Shown here: positions 51,820 through 61,995 of the stretch, in pieces
Layout: every line of letters begins with the position of its first letter
How positions within the stretch are numbered: the first letter of the stretch is position 1
Source: Elusimicrobiota bacterium
Lineage (GTDB): Bacteria; Elusimicrobiota; Elusimicrobia; F11
NCBI GenBank assembly: GCA_022072025.1
Contig: JAJVIP010000011.1
Coordinates: 81,200-145,199 of the forward strand
Direction of reading: 5' to 3'
DNA: 64,000 nucleotides
Notes under the pieces: model-generated
The model's database searches: none
What the model was told of the DNA's origin: nothing
The model's input: only the letters and a program-made list of their open reading frames with translations
Made by a program: the position numbers and the translations under genes

Positions 51820-52887
51820 ATGAGTCATTCCAAGGGAGTCATCGAACAGTACCACGCCTATCTTCCCATCAAGCCGGGATGTCAAATTATTACGCTTCAA
51901 GAAGGAAACACGCCATTGGTGGAAGCGCCGCGTTTGGCCAAAGCGTTGGGGGCTCCCCACATATCCCTTTACTTGAAATTGGAAGGCCTCAATCCCACCG
52001 GTTCATTTAAGGATCGGGGGATGACGTTGGCCGTCACCGATGCGGTGGCCCAAGGGTCCAAAACCATTATTTCAGCTTCTACCGGGAACACCTCCGCCTC
52101 CGCAGCGGCCTATGCGGCGAGGGCGGGCATCAAGTGTGTGGTGCTCATTCCTGATGGAAATATTGCTTTGGGGAAATTGTCACAAGGACTCATGTATGGA
52201 GCCCAAGTCTTGGCCATCCAAGGTAATTTTGATGACGCGCTTGAACTAGTCAAAGAGATTTCAAGACAATATCCCATCACCATGGTCAATTCTCTTAATG
52301 AAATGAGAATTGAAGGACAAAAAACCGGGGCCTTCGAAATTGTCGATGCATTGGAGGATGCCCCAGACTATCAATTCATGCCCGTTGGAAATGCCGGCAA
52401 TATCACCGCCTATTGGAAGGGATATTGTGAATATTTTAAAAAGAAGAAGATAAATTCATACCCCAAATTGATGGGTTTTCAAGCCGAAGGAGCCGCCCCC
52501 ATTGTTCAAGGAAAACCAATCAAAAATCCTTCGACCATTGCCACGGCCATCAAAATTGGAAATCCCGCTTCCTGGAAGCGAGCAGAAGCAGCCCGAGACG
52601 AGTCCGGTGGAGTTATTGATTCTGTCACCGATGATGAAATCCTTGAGGCCTACAAACTCATGGCGCAACTGGAAGGGGTTTACTGCGAACCGGCCAGTGC
52701 CGCAGGCGTGGCGGGATTAAAAAAATACATTTCCCAAGGGAAAATTTCACTGACTCCCCAATCCAAAGTGGTTGCCATCATAACTGGCCATGGGTTAAAA
52801 GATCCCGATCGGGCCATTGCTGTTATGCCGCGACCCCTGTCGGTTAAAGCCGATGTGAAATCCATTCTTGACGTGCTTCATATTTAA
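51820..52887 (+). CDS. thrC: Threonine synthase
   Basis: PLP-binding PTGSFKDRG motif and the GNTSASAAAYAARAG region. ATG at 51820; the ORF-track TTG at 51817 abuts the hom stop. Confidence 0.93.
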   Translation: MSHSKGVIEQYHAYLPIKPGCQIITLQEGNTPLVEAPRLAKALGAPHISLYLKLEGLNPTGSFKDRGMTLAVTDAVAQGSKTIISASTGNTSASAAAYAARAGIKCVVLIPDGNIALGKLSQGLMYGAQVLAIQGNFDDALELVKEISRQYPITMVNSLNEMRIEGQKTGAFEIVDALEDAPDYQFMPVGNAGNITAYWKGYCEYFKKKKINSYPKLMGFQAEGAAPIVQGKPIKNPSTIATAIKIGNPASWKRAEAARDESGGVIDSVTDDEILEAYKLMAQLEGVYCEPASAAGVAGLKKYISQGKISLTPQSKVVAIITGHGLKDPDRAIAVMPRPLSVKADVKSILDVLHI

Positions 52888-53243
52888 TGACGATAGGGCG
52901 AAAATTATTGATTTTGGCCCAGGTACTCGGAACAATCCTTTTTGTGACCCATTACCAGGTTCATGGGGGGCAACCCGTTCTGGCTTGGATTTTTCCTCTG
53001 ATCATCTTGATTTTGATCATCATCAATTCAATTTGGTTTACGCGTTTTTCTTCTTGGCTTATTTTCTCCATGGCTTTTTTTGGTTTTTTGGTTGTATTAA
53101 GCGCTTTTACGTTGCGGTGGCGTCTGCAACCCGATTTTCAATCCGCCCCTTTTTACCGAACTCTGCTGATGTATGTTATTTTTGTCTATATTAGTTTGGG
53201 CCAAATCAAAATACTGGGGAGTACCTCATGGGACAAACACTGA
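52887..53243 (+). CDS. Small hypothetical membrane protein (3-4 TM)
   Basis: Hydrophobic 118-aa ORF between thrC and the liv operon; coding status uncertain. Confidence 0.35.
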   Translation: MTIGRKLLILAQVLGTILFVTHYQVHGGQPVLAWIFPLIILILIIINSIWFTRFSSWLIFSMAFFGFLVVLSAFTLRWRLQPDFQSAPFYRTLLMYVIFVYISLGQIKILGSTSWDKH

Positions 53244-53284
53244 GAGAGATATTTAAATTATTCAGTAGGAAGAATCTGGATTCA

Positions 53285-53410
53285 GGTGAGACTGTCGCCC
53301 CGGTAATTCTCTGGCCAGGGCCCAGGTGTAATCCTGGACGAAAATCTGGATCCCTGCCCGTCCGGCAGGCGGGCCGGTCAAACGGTAGGCCGGGACGGGG
53401 AGTCGGTCCC
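53285..53410. repeat. GC-rich nested palindromic element in the liv-operon leader; shares end motifs with the tyrS-tal element
   Basis: Motifs GACTGTCGCCCCGG ... CCCGTCCGGC / GCCGGGACGGG ... GGAGTC. The terminal GTCGCCCCGG and GGCCGGGACG also occur at 63403-63415 and 63564-63573. Confidence 0.3.
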
Positions 53411-53431
53411 CTTGTTCTTGGCTTGGCGGGA

Positions 53432-54535
53432 ATGGTTTTTTTATCAACCGGCTTCTTTTCCTGTAAACCCGCTGAAAAAAAGATAAAGATCGCCTTGGCC
53501 ATGCCTTTAACAGGCGATATCGCCTCTTTGGGGCAGGGACTCAAACGCGCTGTCACGCTGGCGATTGAAGAAGCCAACAAAAATCATCTGACTCCCCAAC
53601 CCTTGGAATTGGTCGTGTTCGACGATCGGTCTGACCCGCGTGAAGCCGTCAGTGTGGCCAACCGAATTGCCTCGGATCGTCATGTGGTGGCCGTGATTGG
53701 ACATTTCAATTCGGGTTGTTCAATTCCAGCGTCACGGGTTTATGCGCAGGCGGGTTTGGCCATGCTCACGCCGGCCTCCTCAAATCCTGAACTCACGCTG
53801 CAACAATTGTCTCCTCAATGGGTCTATCCCAAATCTATTTTCCGGGCCAACACCACAGACAATGTTCAAGGCGCCTTTGGGGCTGATTTCGTCTCAAGCA
53901 CGTTGAAGCTGAACCGGGTGGCCATTATTCACGACAAATCCGCCTATGGCCAGGGAGTGGCTGAAGAATTCAAAAAACAATTTGAATTAAACAAAGGGGT
54001 GGTGACCGCATTTGAAGGACTTCAGGTCCAAGACCGTGATTTTCGATCGCTTCTCACGCGCGTGAAGGCCACGCAGCCCCAAGCGCTCTACTTCGGAGGC
54101 ATGTTTTCTGAAGGGGGCATTCTCGTCCGCCAATTGCGAGACATCGGATTTAAAGGGCCCTTTGTCACCTGTGAAGCCAATTACGATCCCGCTTTCTTAA
54201 AGGTGGCCGGGGAAGCTGCCGAAGGAGCCTATGTGACTTTTTTGGGTTCACCCCCTGAACTTTTGCCGACGGCTCAAGAATTTATTGTTCGTTACCGAGA
54301 GCGGTATCCCACTGACGAATTAAAGTCCTACGATGCTTATGGTTACGAGACCGGAAACATCATTATTGATGCCATCAAAACCGTGGGAACCGACCGCGCA
54401 AAAATAATTGAACATCTTCGCGGGATCAAATTTACAGGCGTGTTGGGCACCACCTCGTTTGATGAAAAAGGAGACACGTTGAATAAGGCCATCACGTTGT
54501 TTCAAGTGAAAAAAGGAGCTTTTGTCCATCTTTAA
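53432..54535 (+). CDS. Branched-chain amino acid ABC transporter substrate-binding protein (LivJ/K family)
   Basis: Lipoprotein-like signal MVFLSTGFFSC followed by a type-I periplasmic-binding fold. ATG at 53432 preferred: the ORF-track extension from 53228 is GC-rich, non-protein-like and contains the palindromic element. Confidence 0.85.
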   Translation: MVFLSTGFFSCKPAEKKIKIALAMPLTGDIASLGQGLKRAVTLAIEEANKNHLTPQPLELVVFDDRSDPREAVSVANRIASDRHVVAVIGHFNSGCSIPASRVYAQAGLAMLTPASSNPELTLQQLSPQWVYPKSIFRANTTDNVQGAFGADFVSSTLKLNRVAIIHDKSAYGQGVAEEFKKQFELNKGVVTAFEGLQVQDRDFRSLLTRVKATQPQALYFGGMFSEGGILVRQLRDIGFKGPFVTCEANYDPAFLKVAGEAAEGAYVTFLGSPPELLPTAQEFIVRYRERYPTDELKSYDAYGYETGNIIIDAIKTVGTDRAKIIEHLRGIKFTGVLGTTSFDEKGDTLNKAITLFQVKKGAFVHL

Positions 54536-55424
54536 CACACTGATCGAACAGTTGATCAATGGCTTAACGCTCGGCGCCATTTACGCTTTGGTCGCTCTCG
54601 GCTACACCATGGTGTATGGAATATTGCTCATGATTAACTTTGCCCATTCTGAAATTTTCATGATGGGTGCTTTCGTGGGATGTGCGGTTCTAACGCTTTG
54701 CGGAGCTCTTCCCGCGCCCCTTGCGATGGGGTTGGCGGTTGTGGGCGCGATGATCGTTTGTGGCCTCGCGGCCTTGGGCGTTGAAAAATTAGCTTATGCC
54801 CCTTTGCGCAAAGCTTCCCGACTGGCGCCGCTTATATCAGCCATTGGCGTGTCCATTGTTCTTCAAAATGGTTTTTTTCTTTGGCGAGATGATTTTCTCG
54901 GATTTCCAAACGTCATTCCTGAAAGGCACTTTTATTTTGGGCCCCTGCACTTTTCTTTGATTCAGTTGATCATTCTTTTCAGCAGTTTGATTTTGATGCT
55001 CGGTTTGTGGTTGTTCGTGAACCACACGCGGTTTGGTCAAGCCATTCGGGCTTGTTCTCAAGACCGTGAAGCGGCCGGTTTGATGGGTATCCCTGTGAAT
55101 GCCATGATTTCGCTTACTTTTTTTATCGGGGCCTCGCTCGGCGCGGCTGGAGGCATCCTTTACAGCCTGTATTATGGTTCCATTAAATACAACATGGGAT
55201 TTGTGCCTGGAATAAAAGCGTTTACGGCTGCGGTGTTGGGGGGCATTGGCAACATCCCGGGAGCCATGGTGGGCGGATTGATTTTGGGGATGGCGGAATC
55301 TTTGGGCGCGGCTTTTTTACCGCAGGCTTCGTGGAAAGATGTGTTCGCCTTTGGAATTCTCATTTTGGTTCTCGTCATTCGCCCTTCGGGTCTTCTGGGA
55401 GAGCGTACCGCCGAGAAGGTATGA
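54522..55424 (+). CDS. livH: Branched-chain amino acid ABC transporter permease LivH
   Basis: Typical LivH N-terminus LINGLTLGAIYALVALGYTMVYG and 8 TM helices. Confidence 0.9.
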   Translation: MSIFNTLIEQLINGLTLGAIYALVALGYTMVYGILLMINFAHSEIFMMGAFVGCAVLTLCGALPAPLAMGLAVVGAMIVCGLAALGVEKLAYAPLRKASRLAPLISAIGVSIVLQNGFFLWRDDFLGFPNVIPERHFYFGPLHFSLIQLIILFSSLILMLGLWLFVNHTRFGQAIRACSQDREAAGLMGIPVNAMISLTFFIGASLGAAGGILYSLYYGSIKYNMGFVPGIKAFTAAVLGGIGNIPGAMVGGLILGMAESLGAAFLPQASWKDVFAFGILILVLVIRPSGLLGERTAEKV

Positions 55425-56404
55425 AAATTTTTCATCGACCGTCCTGGTCGAACTTGTTGTTGGGTTTGCTGATTGTTTTTTCGATTCTATTTCCTCCCTT
55501 TCTTCTCAATTCCGATTATTCCTATGTGTTGCAACTGTTGGTGACAGTCGGTCTCTATATGATTTTGGCCATGGGATTGAATTTGGTGGTAGGCTTTTTG
55601 GGTTTGTTGGATTTGGGCTTTATGGCTTTCTATGCGATCGGCGCTTACAGTATGGCGCTTCTGTCCTGCGCTGGTTTTGGGTTTTGGGCAACGCTTGGAC
55701 TCTCAGTTCTTTTGACCATGGGTTTCCGTTTGTTGCTCGGGGCCCCCGTGTTGAGATTGCGCGGAGATTATTTAGCGATTGTAACTCTGGGATTTGGAGA
55801 AATTACCCGTATTGTTCTCAACAATTGGGACTCGCTAACTCAAGGCCCCAAAGGAATATCGTTGCTTACCCATCCAGATGTTGTTCCGATTACTTTTTTT
55901 GGATTTCACATTTCCAATAATTTGAACTTTTACTATTTGACCCTGTTTTTTGTTTTTGTCTGCGCGACTTTAAGCCTTCGTCTCAAATATTCACGCATCG
56001 GTCGCGCCTGGATGGCCATTCGTGAAGATGAAATGGCGGCCCGTCTCACCGGCATTCAAATAACACGAATGAAATTGATTGGTTTTGTTATCAGCGCGGG
56101 ATTTGCGGGGATTGCGGGTGGAATCTTCGCGAGATCTCAAAATTTTGTGACGCCGGAGTCGTTTACGTTTTGGGAATCGGTGATGCTTGTGGCCATGGTG
56201 GTGATTGGCGGTATGGGATCGGTGGGAGGGGTTCTTCTGGGTGCGGCCATCGTGATCCTGGTGCCTGAAATGTTGCGGAGTCTGTTGGGAAGCGGGTTCG
56301 TGAGTTGGCGTTATTTTCTTTTTGGACTCGCGTTGGTGTTGATCGCCCTTTACCGGCCCCAGGGCCTTTGGCCCAACCGGCGCAAAATCGTGGAACTTGA
56401 ATGA
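55421..56404 (+). CDS. livM: Branched-chain amino acid ABC transporter permease LivM
   Basis: ATGA overlap with the livH stop. GLNLVVGFLGLLDLGFMAFYAIGAY is a LivM signature. The ORF-track 5' extension is rejected. Confidence 0.9.
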   Translation: MKIFHRPSWSNLLLGLLIVFSILFPPFLLNSDYSYVLQLLVTVGLYMILAMGLNLVVGFLGLLDLGFMAFYAIGAYSMALLSCAGFGFWATLGLSVLLTMGFRLLLGAPVLRLRGDYLAIVTLGFGEITRIVLNNWDSLTQGPKGISLLTHPDVVPITFFGFHISNNLNFYYLTLFFVFVCATLSLRLKYSRIGRAWMAIREDEMAARLTGIQITRMKLIGFVISAGFAGIAGGIFARSQNFVTPESFTFWESVMLVAMVVIGGMGSVGGVLLGAAIVILVPEMLRSLLGSGFVSWRYFLFGLALVLIALYRPQGLWPNRRKIVELE

Positions 56405-57195
56405 TCCTGCTCAAAACTCAAGGGCTCAGTAAATTATTTGGCGGATTGCATGCTTTACAAGATGTGAATTTCGTGATTATGCCTGGCGAGATTGTGAGTC
56501 TCATTGGCCCCAACGGAGCGGGAAAAACCACCTTCTTTAATTTGCTTACTGGCGTTTATAAGCCCGATGGAGGAACCATCGAATTTTCGGGTGAACGAAT
56601 TGATGGCCGGCCTTCGCATTGGATAGTGAAGCGGGGACTCGCGCGCACATTTCAAAATATTCGGCTGTTCAACAACATGACGGTTCTCGAAAATGTGATG
56701 GTGGGCCGGCATTGTCGAACGCGATCTGAACTGGGTTCTGCTTTGTTGAGGACGCCGGGATTTTTCCGGGAAGAACGTGAAATCACTCAATTTGCGCGTG
56801 AGCGACTTCAATTCGTGGGCCTTTTGAAATTCGCTAACCATTTGGCGGGGGGATTGGCCTATGGAGCGCAGCGCCGGCTCGAGTTGGCGCGGGCTTTGGC
56901 CACAGAACCTCGGCTGCTTTTGTTGGATGAGCCCACCGCGGGCATGAGTCACGCGGAATCACTTGAAATGTTGGAACTGATCCAACAAATCGCCAATGAA
57001 GGCGTCACGATCCTTTTAATTGAACATCGTATGAGTTTGGTCATGCGCGTGTCCCAACGGGTTCACGTGTTGGATCATGGCGTAAAGATTGCCGAAGGCT
57101 CCCCCAGTGAAATCCAGGCTCATCCCAAAGTGATTCAGGCCTATTTGGGGTCGGGACAAGAAACGCCAGAAATCAGTGATTTGGGTCATGCTTAA
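56401..57195 (+). CDS. livG: Branched-chain amino acid ABC transporter ATP-binding protein LivG
   Basis: Walker A GPNGAGKTT, signature LAYGAQRRLELARAL, Walker B LLLDEP. Confidence 0.92.
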   Translation: MILLKTQGLSKLFGGLHALQDVNFVIMPGEIVSLIGPNGAGKTTFFNLLTGVYKPDGGTIEFSGERIDGRPSHWIVKRGLARTFQNIRLFNNMTVLENVMVGRHCRTRSELGSALLRTPGFFREEREITQFARERLQFVGLLKFANHLAGGLAYGAQRRLELARALATEPRLLLLDEPTAGMSHAESLEMLELIQQIANEGVTILLIEHRMSLVMRVSQRVHVLDHGVKIAEGSPSEIQAHPKVIQAYLGSGQETPEISDLGHA

Positions 57196-57907
57196 GGTCA
57201 CCGACATTCATGTGGGGTATGGAAAAATAAAAGCGCTCCATGGCGTTAGTCTTTATGTCGACTCCGGTGAAGTGGTGACGCTCATCGGCGCCAATGGATC
57301 TGGAAAAAGCTCTTTTCTCAAAGCCCTCTCAGGGTTGTTGCCCGCGACCGCGGGTGAAATTATTTTTGAAGGCACCCGAATTGATAAATACCCGCCCCAT
57401 GAAATTACCCGGTTGGGATTGGTTCAAATTCCCGAAGGCCGCCGAATATTTCCGCTTTTAACGGTTGAAGAAAACCTTCAAATGGGGGCCTTTTTCCGAA
57501 AAGATCACGGAGCTGTCTCCGATGACATGGATCATCTCTACAATTTATTTCCCAAACTTAAAGAGAGACGCAAACAACTGGGCGGCACATTATCGGGAGG
57601 GGAACAACAGATGTTGGCGTTTGGCCGAGCCCTCATGGCTCGACCCAAGTTGCTCGCTTTGGATGAACCGTCCATGGGTTTGGCTCCGTTTATTGTGGAT
57701 AAAGTGTTTGAAATTATTCGAGACATCAACCGTCGTGGGGTAACCATCTTGTTGGTTGAACAAAACGCGCGAGCGGCCCTTTCAGTGGCCGGGCGCGGTT
57801 ATGCCTTGGAAACAGGCCATGTGATTTTGGAAGACACCGCGAAAAACCTGCTCACCAATGACAAAGTTAAACAGTGCTACTTGGGCATTCAGGAAAATCT
57901 CCTATGA
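57176..57907 (+). CDS. livF: Branched-chain amino acid ABC transporter ATP-binding protein LivF
   Basis: Walker A GANGSGKSS, signature LSGGEQQMLAFGRAL, Walker B LALDEP. Confidence 0.92.
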   Translation: MIWVMLKVTDIHVGYGKIKALHGVSLYVDSGEVVTLIGANGSGKSSFLKALSGLLPATAGEIIFEGTRIDKYPPHEITRLGLVQIPEGRRIFPLLTVEENLQMGAFFRKDHGAVSDDMDHLYNLFPKLKERRKQLGGTLSGGEQQMLAFGRALMARPKLLALDEPSMGLAPFIVDKVFEIIRDINRRGVTILLVEQNARAALSVAGRGYALETGHVILEDTAKNLLTNDKVKQCYLGIQENLL

Positions 57908-59160
57908 AACTGTTTCGATTGGAGTTCATTTGCGTTGGATCAGAACTTTTAACGGGAAAAATTAACACGCATACCGCCTACCTCGGGCAGAGACTGGCCT
58001 CGTTGGGTTTGTCCATTTCGCGGGAACATGCGGTGGGCGACAATCCTCGCCTTATGCGGGAAACATTTTCAGAGGTCCTGAGCCGTTCAAATGTTGTTAT
58101 TTGCGCAGGCGGATTGGGGCCCACCTTTGACGATATCACCCGAGACGTATGGGCCGCTGTGTTAAATCGAAAACTCGTCCATCAACCTTGGCTTTTGGAG
58201 GACATCAAGAAAAAGTTTCGTTCTCGTGGGGTCGTGATGCCACCAATGAACCGGCGGCAGACGTTTGTGTTGGAAGGAGCCCGAGTTATTCCCAACAATT
58301 GCGGGACCGCTCCTGGACAGATTCTTAAATTCAGGAATAAATGGTTGATTCTTCTTCCTGGTCCGAGTCGTGAGTTGGTTCCCATGGTGGAGAATAATGT
58401 CCTTCCCCATTTACAGAATGAATGCGCGGCCAACCCCCTCCGCCAAAAATCACTTTTAATCTTCGGTGTTCCCGAATCAACGGTGGATCAAATGATTCGA
58501 CCTTGGGTGGCACGCCGAAAAGATTTTATGGGGTGCCGGGTCACCCACGGCATTTTGGCTTCTCAAGCGATCATCACTGTTAAATTTTCGGTTTCAGGAA
58601 AAAGTTCAATCCAAGTCGAAAAGACCGCTGATCGATTGGAAAAAGAGGCCAGAAAAATTTTGGGCCGGTTGGTTTTTGGAACAGGCCAGGAAACTTTGGA
58701 AGGAATTGTGGGCGAACTTCTACGCAAAAAAAACAAAACCTTGGCCGTGGCCGAGTCTTGCACGGGCGGCTTGATTTCGAAATTGTTGACCGATGTCGCG
58801 GGTTCCTCTGATTATTTTGCGGAAGGAGTTGTGACCTATACGAACCAGAGCAAGATGAAACGCCTCGGGGTGAAAACCTCCACATTGGCGCGTGTGGGCG
58901 CTGTTTCACCAGAGGTGGCCAAAGAGATGGTGTTGGGATTGCGGAAATCTTCGGGCGCCACCTACGGATTGTCAGTGACGGGCGTGGCCGGACCCTCGGG
59001 CGGATCACTCCAAAAACCCGTGGGACTTGTTTTTATTGGGGTGTCGGGCCCACGCGGAACCAAAATCGAAAAACATCAATTCCGCGGCGACCGCGCCAGC
59101 ATCCGCCACCGCGCCGCCCTCACCGCGCTCAATAGTCTCCGAGAAACATTGCTACCTTAA
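57904..59160 (+). CDS. cinA: CinA-family protein (N-terminal MoCF-binding domain plus C-terminal nicotinamide-nucleotide amidohydrolase PncC-like domain)
   Basis: MKLFRLEFICVGSELLTGKINTHTAYLG (MoCF domain). C-terminal LAVAESCTGGLISKLLTDVAGSS. ATGA overlap with livF. Confidence 0.9.
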   Translation: MKLFRLEFICVGSELLTGKINTHTAYLGQRLASLGLSISREHAVGDNPRLMRETFSEVLSRSNVVICAGGLGPTFDDITRDVWAAVLNRKLVHQPWLLEDIKKKFRSRGVVMPPMNRRQTFVLEGARVIPNNCGTAPGQILKFRNKWLILLPGPSRELVPMVENNVLPHLQNECAANPLRQKSLLIFGVPESTVDQMIRPWVARRKDFMGCRVTHGILASQAIITVKFSVSGKSSIQVEKTADRLEKEARKILGRLVFGTGQETLEGIVGELLRKKNKTLAVAESCTGGLISKLLTDVAGSSDYFAEGVVTYTNQSKMKRLGVKTSTLARVGAVSPEVAKEMVLGLRKSSGATYGLSVTGVAGPSGGSLQKPVGLVFIGVSGPRGTKIEKHQFRGDRASIRHRAALTALNSLRETLLP

Positions 59161-59750
59161 GTCCGCTCTTCTGTTCGATTCGTTGCGAATTGCAAAAGTT
59201 TCCATTTCCTTGTCATGCGGTGTAGAGATTCTTCATTTGAGAATGAGTGGAGGTCGCGAATGTTGATCCACGCCAGTTCAATGGATTCTCTCCCTGCGAG
59301 AACCGGGTCGGAACCCACCGCTTGAAAAACAAAACGGACGTCGTAATGGTAATGAGCGGGTTCATTGGTTCTGGCGGGAATGGGGTGAATGTCCACATCA
59401 AATATTCGGTTTGAAAGGGGGCGTATCCCTTTTTTAAGTCCCGACTCCTCATAGGCTTCGCGCAAGGCCACGGCTTGAATATCGCAATCGCCATCGGCAT
59501 GCCCCCCCAACTGCAGCCATTTCCCTAATTTTTTGTGATGAGTAAGAAGAACCTTTTCTCCCGTTTGATCCATCAACCAGGCAGAGCCGGTTATGTGACC
59601 ACTCCAATGGCTTCGCTCAAAACATTTCGGATGGGCGGTCACGAAAGCGAGAATTTGATTTCTCTGCCGATCATCTTCATCATCGATGGCCACGTAATTT
59701 TCAAGCAAATGGATCAGGGGGGTTCTATTATCAGACGGATCTATCCTCAT
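59157..59750 (-). CDS. NUDIX hydrolase
   Basis: Nudix box GGHADGDCDIQAVALREAYEESGL. Confidence 0.85.
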   Translation of the reverse strand: MRIDPSDNRTPLIHLLENYVAIDDEDDRQRNQILAFVTAHPKCFERSHWSGHITGSAWLMDQTGEKVLLTHHKKLGKWLQLGGHADGDCDIQAVALREAYEESGLKKGIRPLSNRIFDVDIHPIPARTNEPAHYHYDVRFVFQAVGSDPVLAGRESIELAWINIRDLHSFSNEESLHRMTRKWKLLQFATNRTEERT

Positions 59751-59776
59751 GAGACTGAAAGTTATGAAATGCGGAC

Positions 59777-60613
59777 ATGGGCGCCAAATACGGCCAACAT
59801 TTTTTAGTCAACTCCCATGCGGCGGAACGAATTGTCGCATCAATGGGTCTGGGAGCGGAAGATTCCGTTCTTGAAATCGGTCCCGGCAAAGGGGCGTTAA
59901 CGGCTTTTCTCTTGAAAGCCCACTATTTGGCGATTGTTGAAATAGACCCCGACATGGTGGCCCTCCTGCAAGGTCGGTTTAAAAGTTTTCCACAAGTGAA
60001 TCTCTTTCAAGCGGATATACTTCGTTTTGATTTTTCTCGTCTTAATGGGAGTATTTCGGGACCATCGTCAACTCGGCAACCCATTGGCCGGGAGGACGGC
60101 ACAAAAAAGCCATTTAAGGTGGTGGGAAACCTGCCTTACAATTTGACCTCTCCTATTCTTCGCCGTCTTTCGGATTGGAAGGGGTGGGAAACCGCCACGC
60201 TCATGGTTCAAAAAGAGGTGGCCGAACGGCTTTGCGCCGCTCCCGCCACGTCGGCCTATGGAGCCTTGACTGTGGGGATGGGTCTCACCTGCCAGATAGG
60301 ATTTGTATTCGAATTGTCGGAAAAATCTTTCAGTCCGCCTCCCAAGGTTAAGTCGGCTGTCGTCAAATTGATTCGTCGGGCCTCGCCATTGACGTCCGAT
60401 ATTGAAGGAACCCAACGCGTGATTCAGGCGGCTTTCCAGCAACGCCGAAAAACAATTCTGAATTCGCTTTCACATGGATTGGGGCTTGAAAAAGGCCAAG
60501 TTGAAATATTCTTGAAAGGGTTGGGTATTGACCCGCTCATTCGGCCGGAACGTCTACCGATTCAAGCTTTTGTTCAGCTCAACGAGGTTTTGTCGAAAAA
60601 TGGGATTCCGTAG
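59777..60613 (+). CDS. rsmA: 16S rRNA (adenine1518/1519-N6)-dimethyltransferase RsmA/KsgA
   Basis: GQHFLVN, SAM-binding LEIGPGKGALT, and VVGNLPYNLTSPIL motifs. Confidence 0.93.
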   Translation: MGAKYGQHFLVNSHAAERIVASMGLGAEDSVLEIGPGKGALTAFLLKAHYLAIVEIDPDMVALLQGRFKSFPQVNLFQADILRFDFSRLNGSISGPSSTRQPIGREDGTKKPFKVVGNLPYNLTSPILRRLSDWKGWETATLMVQKEVAERLCAAPATSAYGALTVGMGLTCQIGFVFELSEKSFSPPPKVKSAVVKLIRRASPLTSDIEGTQRVIQAAFQQRRKTILNSLSHGLGLEKGQVEIFLKGLGIDPLIRPERLPIQAFVQLNEVLSKNGIP

Positions 60614-61964
60614 AAATAGCGTTGGTTTGAATGTTTCTCCCCATCAGGGGCTGGAGCCCCACCACGCTAAAAAATAAGTTGAGACTGGAAATGTGTTGAA
60701 CCCCAGCTCGCACTTCTTGGAATTTTCCGGACAGAAAAAAGTGCACAAGGAACCGTCCCACCGAAGAAACCAGAAATAAACTGAGAAGTGGAAATCCAAA
60801 GAGCGCGGGAAGATGATCGCTTAGCCAGCCTCCAAGTCCGGCCCCAGCGAAAATGGCGATGCCATTGATCAAATTAAAGTAACCCAGACACCGCATCCTT
60901 TTGGAGGGTGTGACGGCATCGTAAATGTAATTGACGGCGCACAGGTTGAACCCCCCCCAAAGAATACCGGCCAAGGCCTCGACAAACATCAGCGGAACCA
61001 AATGATGAAAGACCAGCCAGAAGAGTGGAATGGTGGGAATAAGGAGGCTGGTGGTTTTCAGAATTCGTGCATTCCCGACTTGATCAGCATGCCGCCCCCA
61101 AATGGGGAATGCGATTAAACTGGACAAGGTGGACATGAGTGTAATGGCCATAAACCCCAAATAGTCAAAATGCAGATCGCGCAACATGTGAACGCTGAAG
61201 TAGGGTGCCGCCAAATGGGTGGTGAAAGTAAGGCCGGACACATAAAAAACAAACTTCACGAAATTGCTCTCACGCGTTCGCCTGAGAAACATCCACAACG
61301 TGAATTCGCTTTCTTTGGTTTTTGTGTAGGGAAGGTCGGTCATTTGGCGAATGAAATGATGAGAAGCGAATCGGGCCGCGGCGCTGGAAAGGAACATAAA
61401 CATAAACCCCGCTTCAGGAGAGATCCATTTTTTCCAAAGGTACAGAAACCCGCCCCAAAAGAGGAGTGTCCCCAGACTTGTCAGGCCCATAAGACGTGAT
61501 CGCCATCCAAAATAATCACCTCGGCGATGGGCGGGCAAATATTCGCTGACCAGACTTCCCCAGGGTGGCCCCAGTAGACCTCCAATGACTTTGTAGACAG
61601 AAAACAGAAACGTCAAAACAACGAGTTTATGAGGGATTGGCAAAAAGGGAAGCAGTCCAATGGGCAATAAAAAGAACGCTTGGACCAAAACACCTTGGGT
61701 AAGTACCCGCAAACGACTCCCCGTGATATGAACCGCGGATACGGCCCAGGCTTGAGCCAAAGCGGAAAGCAAATTGGGGATGGCCACCAACCATCCCACC
61801 TGTTGATTGGTCGCTCCCAGCAGGAGCGCAAACGGCACCATATACGTATCGACAATGCTGATCATGATTTGGGCGGCCACCCCATCTTTTGAGCAGGCTT
61901 TGAGGCTTCGTTGGATATGTTGGTTTTCAGGGGCTTGTGACCGGAGTTCAGTGGAGGGAAGCAT
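60579..61964 (-). CDS. MFS-family transporter
   Basis: About 12 TM helices in two 6-helix halves. 35-nt convergent overlap with rsmA. Confidence 0.8.
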   Translation of the reverse strand: MLPSTELRSQAPENQHIQRSLKACSKDGVAAQIMISIVDTYMVPFALLLGATNQQVGWLVAIPNLLSALAQAWAVSAVHITGSRLRVLTQGVLVQAFFLLPIGLLPFLPIPHKLVVLTFLFSVYKVIGGLLGPPWGSLVSEYLPAHRRGDYFGWRSRLMGLTSLGTLLFWGGFLYLWKKWISPEAGFMFMFLSSAAARFASHHFIRQMTDLPYTKTKESEFTLWMFLRRTRESNFVKFVFYVSGLTFTTHLAAPYFSVHMLRDLHFDYLGFMAITLMSTLSSLIAFPIWGRHADQVGNARILKTTSLLIPTIPLFWLVFHHLVPLMFVEALAGILWGGFNLCAVNYIYDAVTPSKRMRCLGYFNLINGIAIFAGAGLGGWLSDHLPALFGFPLLSLFLVSSVGRFLVHFFLSGKFQEVRAGVQHISSLNLFFSVVGLQPLMGRNIQTNAISTESHFSTKPR

Positions 61965-61995
61965 GGTTGGCTCTTATCAAAAAGTGCTTTCTTTA

